DNA from: Escherichia phage HK6
Sequence record: PP724615.1
Reading direction: 5' to 3' (one strand)
DNA length: 64,000 nt
Shown here: in pieces, positions 8,987-16,718 of the stretch
How the letters are laid out: every line of letters starts with the position of its first letter
How positions within the stretch are numbered: position 1 is the first letter of the stretch
The notes under the pieces: generated by a model
The model's input: only the letters and a program-made list of their open reading frames with translations
Told to the model about the DNA's origin: nothing
The model's database searches: none
Made by a program: the position numbers and the translations under genes

Positions 8987-9691
8987 ATGGCTGGTTCTCG
9001 CAGAAAGAAACATATCCATGAAATCCCGGATGAAGTCTTTAAAAAGGTTATAGAGCATCTGGAGAACGGTGGTACTAAGAAAGCAGCATGTGAAATGCTC
9101 GGCGTATCATCCAATCCAACTATGGAAAGGATGATTGAAGAATGGCAAGACCGCCAGATTCAAGTTGCCGAAATGAAGAAAAAGAAACGTGGTACACTCA
9201 TTGAAGGCATTGAGTTAGCTAACGTTATTGAGCAGTATTTATCTGGTGATTCTTTTGAAGAAATTGCCGATCGTAATTATCGCTCTGTAGCAATGGTCAA
9301 ATCAGTTTTGGAACGCTATGGTGCTTTACTTCGTTTGAACGATATTGTAGACCCATTGAATCCTCCAATTATTCCTGATGATGCTGTAGCAGAAGAATTT
9401 GCAGTTGGTGAGCTTGTTTGGGTTCCTGGATACCAGTGTATAGGCGAAATCAAAAAGGCAATGGATAATCCTGTAGGTTGCTACCGTGTATGGCTTCTAT
9501 CGGAAGGCAAACAACAGAACGTCCATTATATGAATTACGAGCTGGCCTCTGTTAAACATCTGGAAAAATTAGGGGTTGACGTAAAATCTCTAGGGTACAA
9601 GTGGACTCGTGAAGAAGTAATTTCATTAATTAATGAAGCTGTTAAGGCTGCCTTGAAACTTGATAAAGAAAAAGGAAAACGCCGTGAGTAG
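8987..9691 (+). CDS. putative HTH DNA-binding protein, 234 aa
   Basis: Directly downstream of the PN25-type promoter with GAGAGGAG RBS; N-terminal HTH-like segment GGTKKAACEMLGVSSNPTMERMIEEW. Confidence 0.55.
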   Translation: MAGSRRKKHIHEIPDEVFKKVIEHLENGGTKKAACEMLGVSSNPTMERMIEEWQDRQIQVAEMKKKKRGTLIEGIELANVIEQYLSGDSFEEIADRNYRSVAMVKSVLERYGALLRLNDIVDPLNPPIIPDDAVAEEFAVGELVWVPGYQCIGEIKKAMDNPVGCYRVWLLSEGKQQNVHYMNYELASVKHLEKLGVDVKSLGYKWTREEVISLINEAVKAALKLDKEKGKRRE

Positions 9692-9935
9692 GCTAACTGA
9701 TTTGCTTAAAGATGGGGAAGTAAAAACTCTCTATCGTAGAAGCTGGGATAATGATAATAATGGCTTAGTATTACTAACTCTAGATGCTGACTCAGATGTA
9801 GTTACCCAACATACCTGGGTAGCTGGTAATTATCCCTATAGTGAGGTTGTTACGTTAACAGTATGCGAAGCTATTGCCGACGATTGGGAGGTTGCCAGCA
9901 TCGATGATATGCTCGCTGTTGGCCTGGTGGAGTAA
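9660..9935 (+). CDS. hypothetical acidic protein, ~85-91 aa
   Basis: ORF overlapping the upstream gene end; start ambiguous (ATG 9660 or GTG 9687). Confidence 0.4.
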   Translation: MIKKKENAVSRLTDLLKDGEVKTLYRRSWDNDNNGLVLLTLDADSDVVTQHTWVAGNYPYSEVVTLTVCEAIADDWEVASIDDMLAVGLVE

Positions 9936-10038
9936 CTACAGAAAAATTTCAGTTGCTTAATCCTATAATTCTTGATATAATATTCTCATAGTTTGAAAGA
10001 ACTATTCTGTTTAATTCTTAATTAAGGAAATATAAAAT

Positions 10039-10449
10039 ATGACTACTCCAACTCAGTGGACTGATGAACTGTTCGAAAAAATGTCTTCCGAATACGTTGC
10101 TCGCATGGAGCAATTTCCAGAGGATGAACGTCCGGGTGTTAGCATGGAAATTGTTAGCGAAATTGCCCAGGAAAATGGTGTAACTCCGAATGGTTTTCGT
10201 ATGAAGCTAACTAAAGCAGGTGTGTATATCAAGAAAGCTGCTGGCTCCGCTTCTAAATCTAGCGCATCTACTGGAGAAAAAGCTTCTGGTGGTTCTCGTA
10301 CTTCTAAAGCCCAAGCTCATGCCGACCTTCGTTCAGCATTCTCTGATGCTGGCCTAGCACCAGATTTTCTGGATGATGCAATTATCGACAAACTGACCGG
10401 TAAAGCGGCTGCTCATCTGGCAGAAGCAATCCGAGCTATCACTAAGTAA
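10039..10449 (+). CDS. hypothetical protein, 136 aa, Ser/Ala-rich low-complexity centre
   Basis: ORF with AAGGAA RBS; highly optimised codons suggest strong expression. Confidence 0.55.
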   Translation: MTTPTQWTDELFEKMSSEYVARMEQFPEDERPGVSMEIVSEIAQENGVTPNGFRMKLTKAGVYIKKAAGSASKSSASTGEKASGGSRTSKAQAHADLRSAFSDAGLAPDFLDDAIIDKLTGKAAAHLAEAIRAITK

Positions 10450-10485
10450 TTTTTAGATAAATCCACCAACAAAAGGAACACAGTT

Positions 10486-10782
10486 ATGACCAAAGCTGAA
10501 ATTATCGCACAATGTGAAAAATTTGGTGAGTTTTATCTTCATTACGAAAAACTTCGTCAGAAAGGAACCACGTACCTTCAGGGTACGATGGAATTTGATC
10601 CAGCTCAAGATAAATATCTGGCTGAGCGTATTAAACGTGAACGTATTCGTAAAGCGAAAGATGATGAGATCCTTGTCTTCTCTCGTACTAATGATAGCTT
10701 CCGTTTTATTCCTGTCGAGAAAGTCCGTCGTGTGACTAGCCTCCAATCAGAGTTAGATCGTGCTTCTCCAGTAGGCCGATAA
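10486..10782 (+). CDS. hypothetical basic protein, 98 aa
   Basis: AAAGGAA RBS; followed by a terminator. Confidence 0.55.
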   Translation: MTKAEIIAQCEKFGEFYLHYEKLRQKGTTYLQGTMEFDPAQDKYLAERIKRERIRKAKDDEILVFSRTNDSFRFIPVEKVRRVTSLQSELDRASPVGR

Positions 10783-10789
10783 GAAACCA

Positions 10790-10816
10790 ATTAGCCCCTA
10801 TATGGGGCTTTTTGTG
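10790..10816 (+). terminator. rho-independent terminator
   Basis: Hairpin AGCCCCTATATGGGGCT followed by TTTTTG. Confidence 0.6.
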
Positions 10817-10832
10817 TATTTGGGATATGTAA

Positions 10833-11141
10833 ATGAGCGAACAGGTAAATCAAAACTATGAAGGACACGTTGATGACCAGTCCATCATACTCTGGGAGAA
10901 GGAGGGAGAACAAGTAAGATTAACAGTATCTGAATTTCGTGGGAATCTATACATGGGTATTCGTTACTGGCTTCTTGATATTAATGATGAATGGTTTCCA
11001 ACGAAATCTGGCTTCTCTTTTCCTTACACCCTAGAAACAACATCACAGCTTTTCTATGCGTTTACACAGATTCTTAGCGAATCTGAGGTTTTACATGAGG
11101 TACAGAAACGAGCTGAAGAACTCAAAGCCAAGAATGCCTAG
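10833..11141 (+). CDS. PC4-like ssDNA-binding protein, 102 aa
   Basis: RLTVSEFRGNLYMGIRYWLLDINDEWFPTKSGFSF resembles the PC4/Sub1 fold signature (F.G..y.dIRey...dge..ptkKGisl). Confidence 0.5.
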   Translation: MSEQVNQNYEGHVDDQSIILWEKEGEQVRLTVSEFRGNLYMGIRYWLLDINDEWFPTKSGFSFPYTLETTSQLFYAFTQILSESEVLHEVQKRAEELKAKNA

Positions 11142-11158
11142 TTCTTGGCTTTTTCTTT
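11127..11158 (+). terminator. rho-independent terminator
   Basis: Hairpin GCCAAGAATGCCTAGTTCTTGGC overlapping the stop codon, followed by TTTTTC. Confidence 0.6.
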
Positions 11159-11168
11159 ATAAATGTAT

Positions 11169-11197
11169 TTGCTTTCAACTCAGTTTTGTTATATAAT
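11169..11197 (+). promoter_or_regulatory. sigma70-type early promoter (TTGCTT-17-TATAAT)
   Basis: -35 TTGCTT 11169-11174, -10 TATAAT 11192-11197, downstream ATTTATATAAATTAATGAGAGGG. Confidence 0.55.
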
Positions 11198-11227
11198 ATT
11201 TATATAAATTAATGAGAGGGTTGCAAA

Positions 11228-11500
11228 GTGAAAAAGATAAATATAAGTACACTTAAACCTTTCCCATATATCGGACAGCCTCTTATACTTATGTGGGAGG
11301 AGAAGATTAATGGAGAAAAGTATACTAAAATTAGAAGTGGGTATAAGCTGATTTCACTTCATTACGAAAAAGAAGTATTAACAGCTGAAATATACTCTCC
11401 ATTATCAGATAGGCTAGTAAAAACCACGTATTTGCATCTCTGCAAAAATTTTACATGGCACGGATCCACTAGACAGCCCACGTACTATGAGGCAGAATAA
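11228..11500 (+). CDS. hypothetical protein, 90 aa (GTG start)
   Basis: ORF starting at GTG with GAGAGGG upstream, ending immediately before the ligase start codon. Confidence 0.4.
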   Translation: MKKINISTLKPFPYIGQPLILMWEEKINGEKYTKIRSGYKLISLHYEKEVLTAEIYSPLSDRLVKTTYLHLCKNFTWHGSTRQPTYYEAE

Positions 11501-12472
11501 ATGACTAATGTAAAAGACTTTATTAAACGTTGCCAAGAAGCGTATTACCAGGGAATGTCTTTAATCTCTGACGAAGAATATGATCGTCTGATTAAAAGAT
11601 TTCCGTTAGAAGAAGAGATCGGGCCTAAGGGCGATATTCCACATCTGTATCGTATGTATTCTTTACAGAAAGTTTATTATAATCGTGGAGATAAACCTCC
11701 ATTTAACCCATTAGGTCAGGTAGAAACTGATAAGTTAGATGGTTGTGCGATTTCTCTGTTATATATTAATGGAGAATTTGTTCAAGCACTAACTCGTGGT
11801 AATGGTATTCTAGGGAATGATGTCACAAGCAACGTAAGATTGCTGAACATCCCTAAAAAGATTTCCCAAAAAGTACCTACTCAAATCACTGGTGAAGTTC
11901 TAATTACAAAAGAAGTAGAAAATAAACGTAACTTTGCCTCTGGTGCTATTAACCTCAAAGATAGTGATGATTTCGTACAACGTATCGGAGAAGGTGGTTT
12001 AATCTTCGTTGCATACGGTATCCAGTGTTCTGCTGAATCTGTAGGTATTACAGAAGCATATTTAAAAGATATGCTTTGGCTAGAGAATGAGGACTTCTTA
12101 ACAGTTGTTAATGTGCGTTCCTTCTTTAAATGGATTCCGACGGACGGTAAAGTTGTTCGTATTAATGATAACAACAAATTCTTTCGTGAAGGCTGGACTA
12201 ATAAATTTCCTCGTGGCGCATTCGCTATTAAAGAAGATGAAGAAGGCGAAATTACAACTCTTACTAAAGTTGAATGGCAGGTAGGGGCTTCTGGTAAAGT
12301 AACTCCAGTTGGTTATTTCGAACCGGTAATTATTGATGATGCTACAATTGTTAAGGCGACTCTTAATAACGTTGATTATATTAACTCTCTTGATCTAGAG
12401 ATCGGTTGCCAGATTCGAGTAATTCGTGCTGGTGGTGTGATCCCGTGCATAGTAGAGCGAGTATACGATTAA
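11501..12472 (+). CDS. NAD-dependent DNA ligase, N-terminal part (adenylation/OB domains), 323 aa
   Basis: N-terminal Ia-domain-like segment (YYQGMSLISDEEYDRL) and adenylation motif I KLDG (ETDKLDGCAISLLY). Confidence 0.8.
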   Translation: MTNVKDFIKRCQEAYYQGMSLISDEEYDRLIKRFPLEEEIGPKGDIPHLYRMYSLQKVYYNRGDKPPFNPLGQVETDKLDGCAISLLYINGEFVQALTRGNGILGNDVTSNVRLLNIPKKISQKVPTQITGEVLITKEVENKRNFASGAINLKDSDDFVQRIGEGGLIFVAYGIQCSAESVGITEAYLKDMLWLENEDFLTVVNVRSFFKWIPTDGKVVRINDNNKFFREGWTNKFPRGAFAIKEDEEGEITTLTKVEWQVGASGKVTPVGYFEPVIIDDATIVKATLNNVDYINSLDLEIGCQIRVIRAGGVIPCIVERVYD

Positions 12473-12522
12473 TACATAACCCTTTGCTACCCATCTACCA
12501 TATCGGAATTATAAAGTGGTTA

Positions 12523-12551
12523 TTGACATTTTCGCCGCTTAGGTATATACT
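12523..12551 (+). promoter_or_regulatory. near-consensus sigma70 promoter between the two ligase genes
   Basis: -35 TTGACA 12523-12528, 17-nt spacer, -10 TATACT 12546-12551; a second T5-type promoter (TTGCTA..TATAAT) follows at ~12614-12642. Confidence 0.55.
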
Positions 12552-12674
12552 ATTATCATTCAGTTGAGGGATAGAAAGTTATGGCGAGGGTAAGCAAAGT
12601 TAGTTAAAATTGTAGTTGCTAAATGCTTAAATACTTGCTATAATATTTATATAAATTGATAAGGAAGAAATTTG

Positions 12675-13454
12675 ATGAAAATCGAAATTCCAACACAATG
12701 TCCCTCTTGTGGTTCTAAGCTAGATCTTGTCAACGGACAATTATTCTGTAGGAATAAGTCCAACTGTCCAGCGCAATCAAGTAAGTTAATTGAGAACTTC
12801 TGTTCAAAAATGAAGTTAAAGGGCTTTGGCCCAAAAACTATTGAGAAGCTGGAGCTGACGAAGATTTCAGAACTATTTTACCTAACCGAAGAAGATTTGG
12901 TTAGAGCCGTGGGTAGCAAGGTTGCCGCTAAGTTAATTAGCGAATTAAATACTAAAGTTCGCGGAGGCATTGACTTTGGTTCAGTTCTCGGTTCTTTAGG
13001 AATCCCTCTAATTGGAGAGGTTGCAGCAAAGAAATTATCCCAAAATTGCACTAGCTTCCACGATGTGAAGGCTGACGGCAAGGCTGGAGAAAACTATAAA
13101 GCCTGGCTAAATTCCCCACAAGGCAAGGATGTTATCGAACTACCGTGGAAATTCTCAACTGGTATTAAGGGCACTAAAGCCGACATCATCATTACAGATG
13201 AGTTAGTTGCCCAGCCAAATGGAATCGCGGTATGTATTACCGGATCTTTGCAAGATTTTGCAAATCGAACGGATGCAACAAACTATTTAGAGAGTCTAGG
13301 ATATACGGTTAAGAAATCCGTTACCAAAGACGTCAAATACCTAATCTGTGAGGATGAATCAAAACGTTCTTCCTCATCTTATAAGAAAGCCGAAACGAAT
13401 GGGATAGAAATCCTGTCGATTAAAGAACTATTGGAGAAAAATAATAATGTCTAA
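12675..13454 (+). CDS. NAD-dependent DNA ligase, C-terminal part (Zn finger / HhH / BRCT-like), ~259 aa
   Basis: Four-cysteine Zn finger CPSCGSKL...CRNKSNCPAQ typical of LigA, followed by a Gly-rich HhH-like region; ATG 12675 with AAGGAAG RBS. Confidence 0.7.
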   Translation: MKIEIPTQCPSCGSKLDLVNGQLFCRNKSNCPAQSSKLIENFCSKMKLKGFGPKTIEKLELTKISELFYLTEEDLVRAVGSKVAAKLISELNTKVRGGIDFGSVLGSLGIPLIGEVAAKKLSQNCTSFHDVKADGKAGENYKAWLNSPQGKDVIELPWKFSTGIKGTKADIIITDELVAQPNGIAVCITGSLQDFANRTDATNYLESLGYTVKKSVTKDVKYLICEDESKRSSSSYKKAETNGIEILSIKELLEKNNNV

Positions 13455-14214
13455 ACTGAACTGGAACGTAGAAGGTGTAACCGAGTCTCTGAAAGCAAAA
13501 GCCACTGCTCTGGGTGTTGCTGTAATCTCTCAAGAACAAGTAGCTGCTATCGCTGCTGAACTGGCTGCTGAAACTGGCAAAGATGTTACTGCTCGCTCTG
13601 TTGGCTCTAAACTGCGTAAAGAAGGTTTTGAAGTACAGAAAGCTAACGAAGTGCAGAAATCTCCGTGGACTCCTGAGCAGGAAGCTGAACTGGTTGATTT
13701 CCTGAACGCTCATGCTGGTCAGTATACCTATGCTGAAATCGCTGCTGCTGTAGCTGGTGGTCAGTTCGGTGCTAAACAGGTACAGGGTAAGATCCTGAGT
13801 CTGGAAATGACCGCTTCTGTTAAACCAACTGAAAAAGCTGCTGCTGTTCGTTCCTTCACTCCGGATGAAGAAACTGATTTTGTTAATCAGGTTGTTGCTG
13901 GTGCTACTATTGAAGCTATCGCTGCTCACTTCGGTCGCAATATTAAGCAGATCCGTGGTAAAGCTCTGAGCCTGCTTCGTGAAGGTCGTATTGCTGCTAT
14001 GCCGGTACAGGAAACTTCAAGTGCTAAAACTCGTGAAGATCTGTTAGAAGGTCTAGATCTGGTTAACATGACTGTTGCTGAGATCGCTGAGAAAACCGGT
14101 AAGTCTGAGCGTGGTGTTAAATCTATGCTGTCTCGTCGTGGTCTGGTTGCTAAGGACTATGATGGTGCCGCTAAGCGTGCTAAACTGGATGCAAAAGCTG
14201 CGGCTGCTGAATAA
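13447..14214 (+). CDS. abundant repeat-containing putative DNA-binding protein, 255 aa
   Basis: Four internal repeats of an HTH-like module (AAIAAELAAETGKDVTARSVGSKLRKEG; YAEIAAAVAGGQFGAKQVQGKILSL; IEAIAAHFGRNIKQIRGKALSLLREG; VAEIAEKTGKSERGVKSMLSRRG); strongly optimised codons. Confidence 0.6.
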   Translation: MSKLNWNVEGVTESLKAKATALGVAVISQEQVAAIAAELAAETGKDVTARSVGSKLRKEGFEVQKANEVQKSPWTPEQEAELVDFLNAHAGQYTYAEIAAAVAGGQFGAKQVQGKILSLEMTASVKPTEKAAAVRSFTPDEETDFVNQVVAGATIEAIAAHFGRNIKQIRGKALSLLREGRIAAMPVQETSSAKTREDLLEGLDLVNMTVAEIAEKTGKSERGVKSMLSRRGLVAKDYDGAAKRAKLDAKAAAAE

Positions 14215-14231
14215 TCTGGTAAATTAAACCT

Positions 14232-14265
14232 AAGGGGAGGGGGCTATGCTCCTTCCCCTTTTTGC
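14232..14265 (+). terminator. rho-independent terminator
   Basis: GC-rich hairpin AAGGGGAGGGGGCTATGCTCCTTCCCCTT followed by TTTTGC. Confidence 0.55.
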
Positions 14266-14296
14266 ATTTAGAAGGCACGAAAGCGTGCAAAGGAGA

Positions 14297-15769
14297 ATGA
14301 CCTTGTTTAACGTGCAAGCTGTAGTGTTGAAGATGCTTCTCGCTTCCGAACAGAAGCAAATAGCATTGGAAACATTCTCAAAACTGCATAAAGATCATTT
14401 TAATGACGCTTTCTCCTCAATTTACCAAGCCGTCCAGAATTATTATAAAAAATATAACACAATGCCGTCCATTGACGCACTTATGCTTGAAGCTAATAGG
14501 AACGCCCGCCTTTCTCAAGCTCTAGTCGTCTTAGCTAACACTCAAATTCCAGAAGTGAGCATGGAACAGGCACTTGAAGTCCTAGAGGCCGAATATACAC
14601 AGGATTTATTCCTGAAGCTTCTAGAAACAGACGTGCTTCAAGATTTAACAATGCTGGATCAGGGAGAAATTCTCAACCGAGTTGCCTCCCTTCACTTAAA
14701 ATTAGAAGAGAAAGTAACGAATACTGGAAAAGTATTCAACGCAGATAACATGCGTATTTTCCAGAGAGAAGAAGATACCAAACTGAACTTAATCGCTCTT
14801 GGTATTTGTAATGAGTTCGACGCTCAAATTGGTTTAGCTCGCACAGAAACGTTACTGCTTGGTGGTTGGCGTGGTACTGGTAAATCCATTATCTGTTCAA
14901 ACATACAGGTTCAGCAATATTTGAATGGGGATATTGCTCCATACTTCTCAATTGAGATGAAAGAACATGAAGTATTTAGACGTAATCTAGCCATGTTAGC
15001 TGGTGTATCAGCATTAGCAATGCGTAATAATACTCTAGAAGGTGCAGCTCTATTAAGATTAGCCAGAACTAGAGCTAGAATGTTTAATGGTGGTGAAGAG
15101 CTTTTCGATAACTTCGTTAAACAGTACACAATGGCTAAGATGAGTGATTTCTACGATATGGAGAGTAAACTAATAGAAGGGTATGAGCTACATACTCCTA
15201 TGATTATTGTTTATGACCCTGAGCTGTCTATTACAACAGTTGACGTAGAATTAAATAAATTAGTTGCTAGATATGGAGATAAAGTTACAGTAGCTTTACT
15301 GGACTATATTAACCAAACCCGACTTCCAGATTCTAAAACCATTGATATGTATGACTGGAAAGAACAGATGGTTGTTAGCTCGTCTTTCAAATCTATCTGC
15401 CAGAAACATAACGTGGCTGGTGTAGCTCCTTACCAGATCGATCAAGATGGTAGAACACGTATGTCAAAGGGGATTCTTGATTCCGCAGACATGGCTGCTA
15501 ATCTTAATGCTGCAAAAGCTGATAATGGTCAAGGTGCTATTATGTTTGACTTCGTTAAGACTCGTTCTTCTGATAGCGTGAAGTTTATGCCTAAAATGAA
15601 CTGGGAAACTCTGCGAATGGATAACACTACCAACCTAGCAATGGAAGATATATCTCAAATGGAAGCTGAGTTCGTTATCCCTATTGAGAAGGATAAGCCG
15701 GCTCAACCTAAACGTGCTAAGAAAGACAAAACTGAAAATTCAACAGGTGAACAGGCCAGCGATATATGA
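14297..15769 (+). CDS. DnaB-family replicative helicase, ~490 aa
   Basis: Walker A GGWRGTGKS followed by FSIEM (DnaB H1a), Walker B VALLDYINQ, and PYQIDQ; ATG 14297 with AGGAG RBS (track start 14246 lies inside the terminator). Confidence 0.75.
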   Translation: MTLFNVQAVVLKMLLASEQKQIALETFSKLHKDHFNDAFSSIYQAVQNYYKKYNTMPSIDALMLEANRNARLSQALVVLANTQIPEVSMEQALEVLEAEYTQDLFLKLLETDVLQDLTMLDQGEILNRVASLHLKLEEKVTNTGKVFNADNMRIFQREEDTKLNLIALGICNEFDAQIGLARTETLLLGGWRGTGKSIICSNIQVQQYLNGDIAPYFSIEMKEHEVFRRNLAMLAGVSALAMRNNTLEGAALLRLARTRARMFNGGEELFDNFVKQYTMAKMSDFYDMESKLIEGYELHTPMIIVYDPELSITTVDVELNKLVARYGDKVTVALLDYINQTRLPDSKTIDMYDWKEQMVVSSSFKSICQKHNVAGVAPYQIDQDGRTRMSKGILDSADMAANLNAAKADNGQGAIMFDFVKTRSSDSVKFMPKMNWETLRMDNTTNLAMEDISQMEAEFVIPIEKDKPAQPKRAKKDKTENSTGEQASDI

Positions 15770-16656
15770 GTAGAATAACAGAACTACTTGATCTGAAAGG
15801 CATTGAATATAAAGACACAGGTGGGGACATCCTCATCTGTTGTCTCAATCCAGATCATGACGATAAACACCCAAGTTTGCGTATTGATCCTGAAACAGGT
15901 ATTATGCACTGCTTGAGTTGTGGCTTCGGTAAAGGTATACCGAGCATTTACCATTATTTTAATGAGACTCAGTACAGACAGTCCCCAAGGCTATCGCAAG
16001 TACGCAAAAAGATTTCAGAGATTAGGAATGGATCAACGAATCTTGCAATTCCTGAATCTGCTTACCTTTTCGAAGGTGATTTCCGAGGTATAAGTTCTAA
16101 GACCTTGAAGAAATATTTTGCTTTCCAACACCAAGCAGACTGGGAAGGCAGAATTGTATTCCCAATCACAGATGCTGTTGGACGCAATATCCTATTTTTG
16201 GGTCGTTCTATAAACAGTTCTGCCCCTCCTAAATACTTAGTAAAACCAAAACAAGTTTCACCGCCGATTTTCCCTGTACGATATAATACTCCAGTGCTTA
16301 TTCTAGTTGAAGGTATCTTTGATATGCTGAACCTAGAGGATAATGGTATAGACTATGCTTCTTGCTGCTTTGGTACACATCAGTTCACTTCAGATAACAT
16401 TGCAGATAAGTTCAGTCCTTATATTATTGCTGGTGTAAAAGTTGTTGTTATCTTACTAGATAATGATGCTTCTGGTAATAAAGCTGCACAAGCGTTGGCC
16501 AAGCTAATTCGTACAAAAACGCGTTTAACACCTGTAGTTGCTAACTTTCTCCTACCTGAAGGCAAAGATCCAGGTGAGTTAAACAAAGATGAAATTGATA
16601 TGTTAGCAAAACGTATTGAAATTTTAGTTGCTGAATCGCTTAAAGATTTGGTATAA
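15766..16656 (+). CDS. DnaG-like DNA primase (Zn ribbon + Toprim), 296 aa
   Basis: Zn-binding CCLNPDHDDKHPSLRIDPETGIMHCLSCG; Toprim acidic motifs EGIFDMLNLED and ILLDNDASGNKAA; start overlaps the helicase stop. Confidence 0.75.
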   Translation: MSRITELLDLKGIEYKDTGGDILICCLNPDHDDKHPSLRIDPETGIMHCLSCGFGKGIPSIYHYFNETQYRQSPRLSQVRKKISEIRNGSTNLAIPESAYLFEGDFRGISSKTLKKYFAFQHQADWEGRIVFPITDAVGRNILFLGRSINSSAPPKYLVKPKQVSPPIFPVRYNTPVLILVEGIFDMLNLEDNGIDYASCCFGTHQFTSDNIADKFSPYIIAGVKVVVILLDNDASGNKAAQALAKLIRTKTRLTPVVANFLLPEGKDPGELNKDEIDMLAKRIEILVAESLKDLV

Positions 16657-16657
16657 T
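16628..16657 (+). promoter_or_regulatory. candidate sigma70 promoter for the polymerase gene inside the primase 3' end
   Basis: TTGCTG 16628-16633, 18-nt spacer, TATAAT 16652-16657. Confidence 0.4.
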
Positions 16658-16718
16658 ATATTGGTAAGTTAGAGAAGAAACACTGAAGTTATACTTACTT
16701 ACCAAGAGGAGATTAAAT

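Noticed and set aside
10453-10790. Three overlapping alternative-frame ORFs (10453-10746 minus, 10514-10735 plus, 10605-10790 minus) around gene 10486-10782
   Set aside because: Only the 10486-10782 frame has an RBS and is followed by a terminator; the others are frame shadows
12473-12674. Intein, intron or homing-endonuclease insertion splitting the ligase
   Set aside because: The spacer is only about 200 bp, contains promoter motifs, has no ORF, and the split falls between domains
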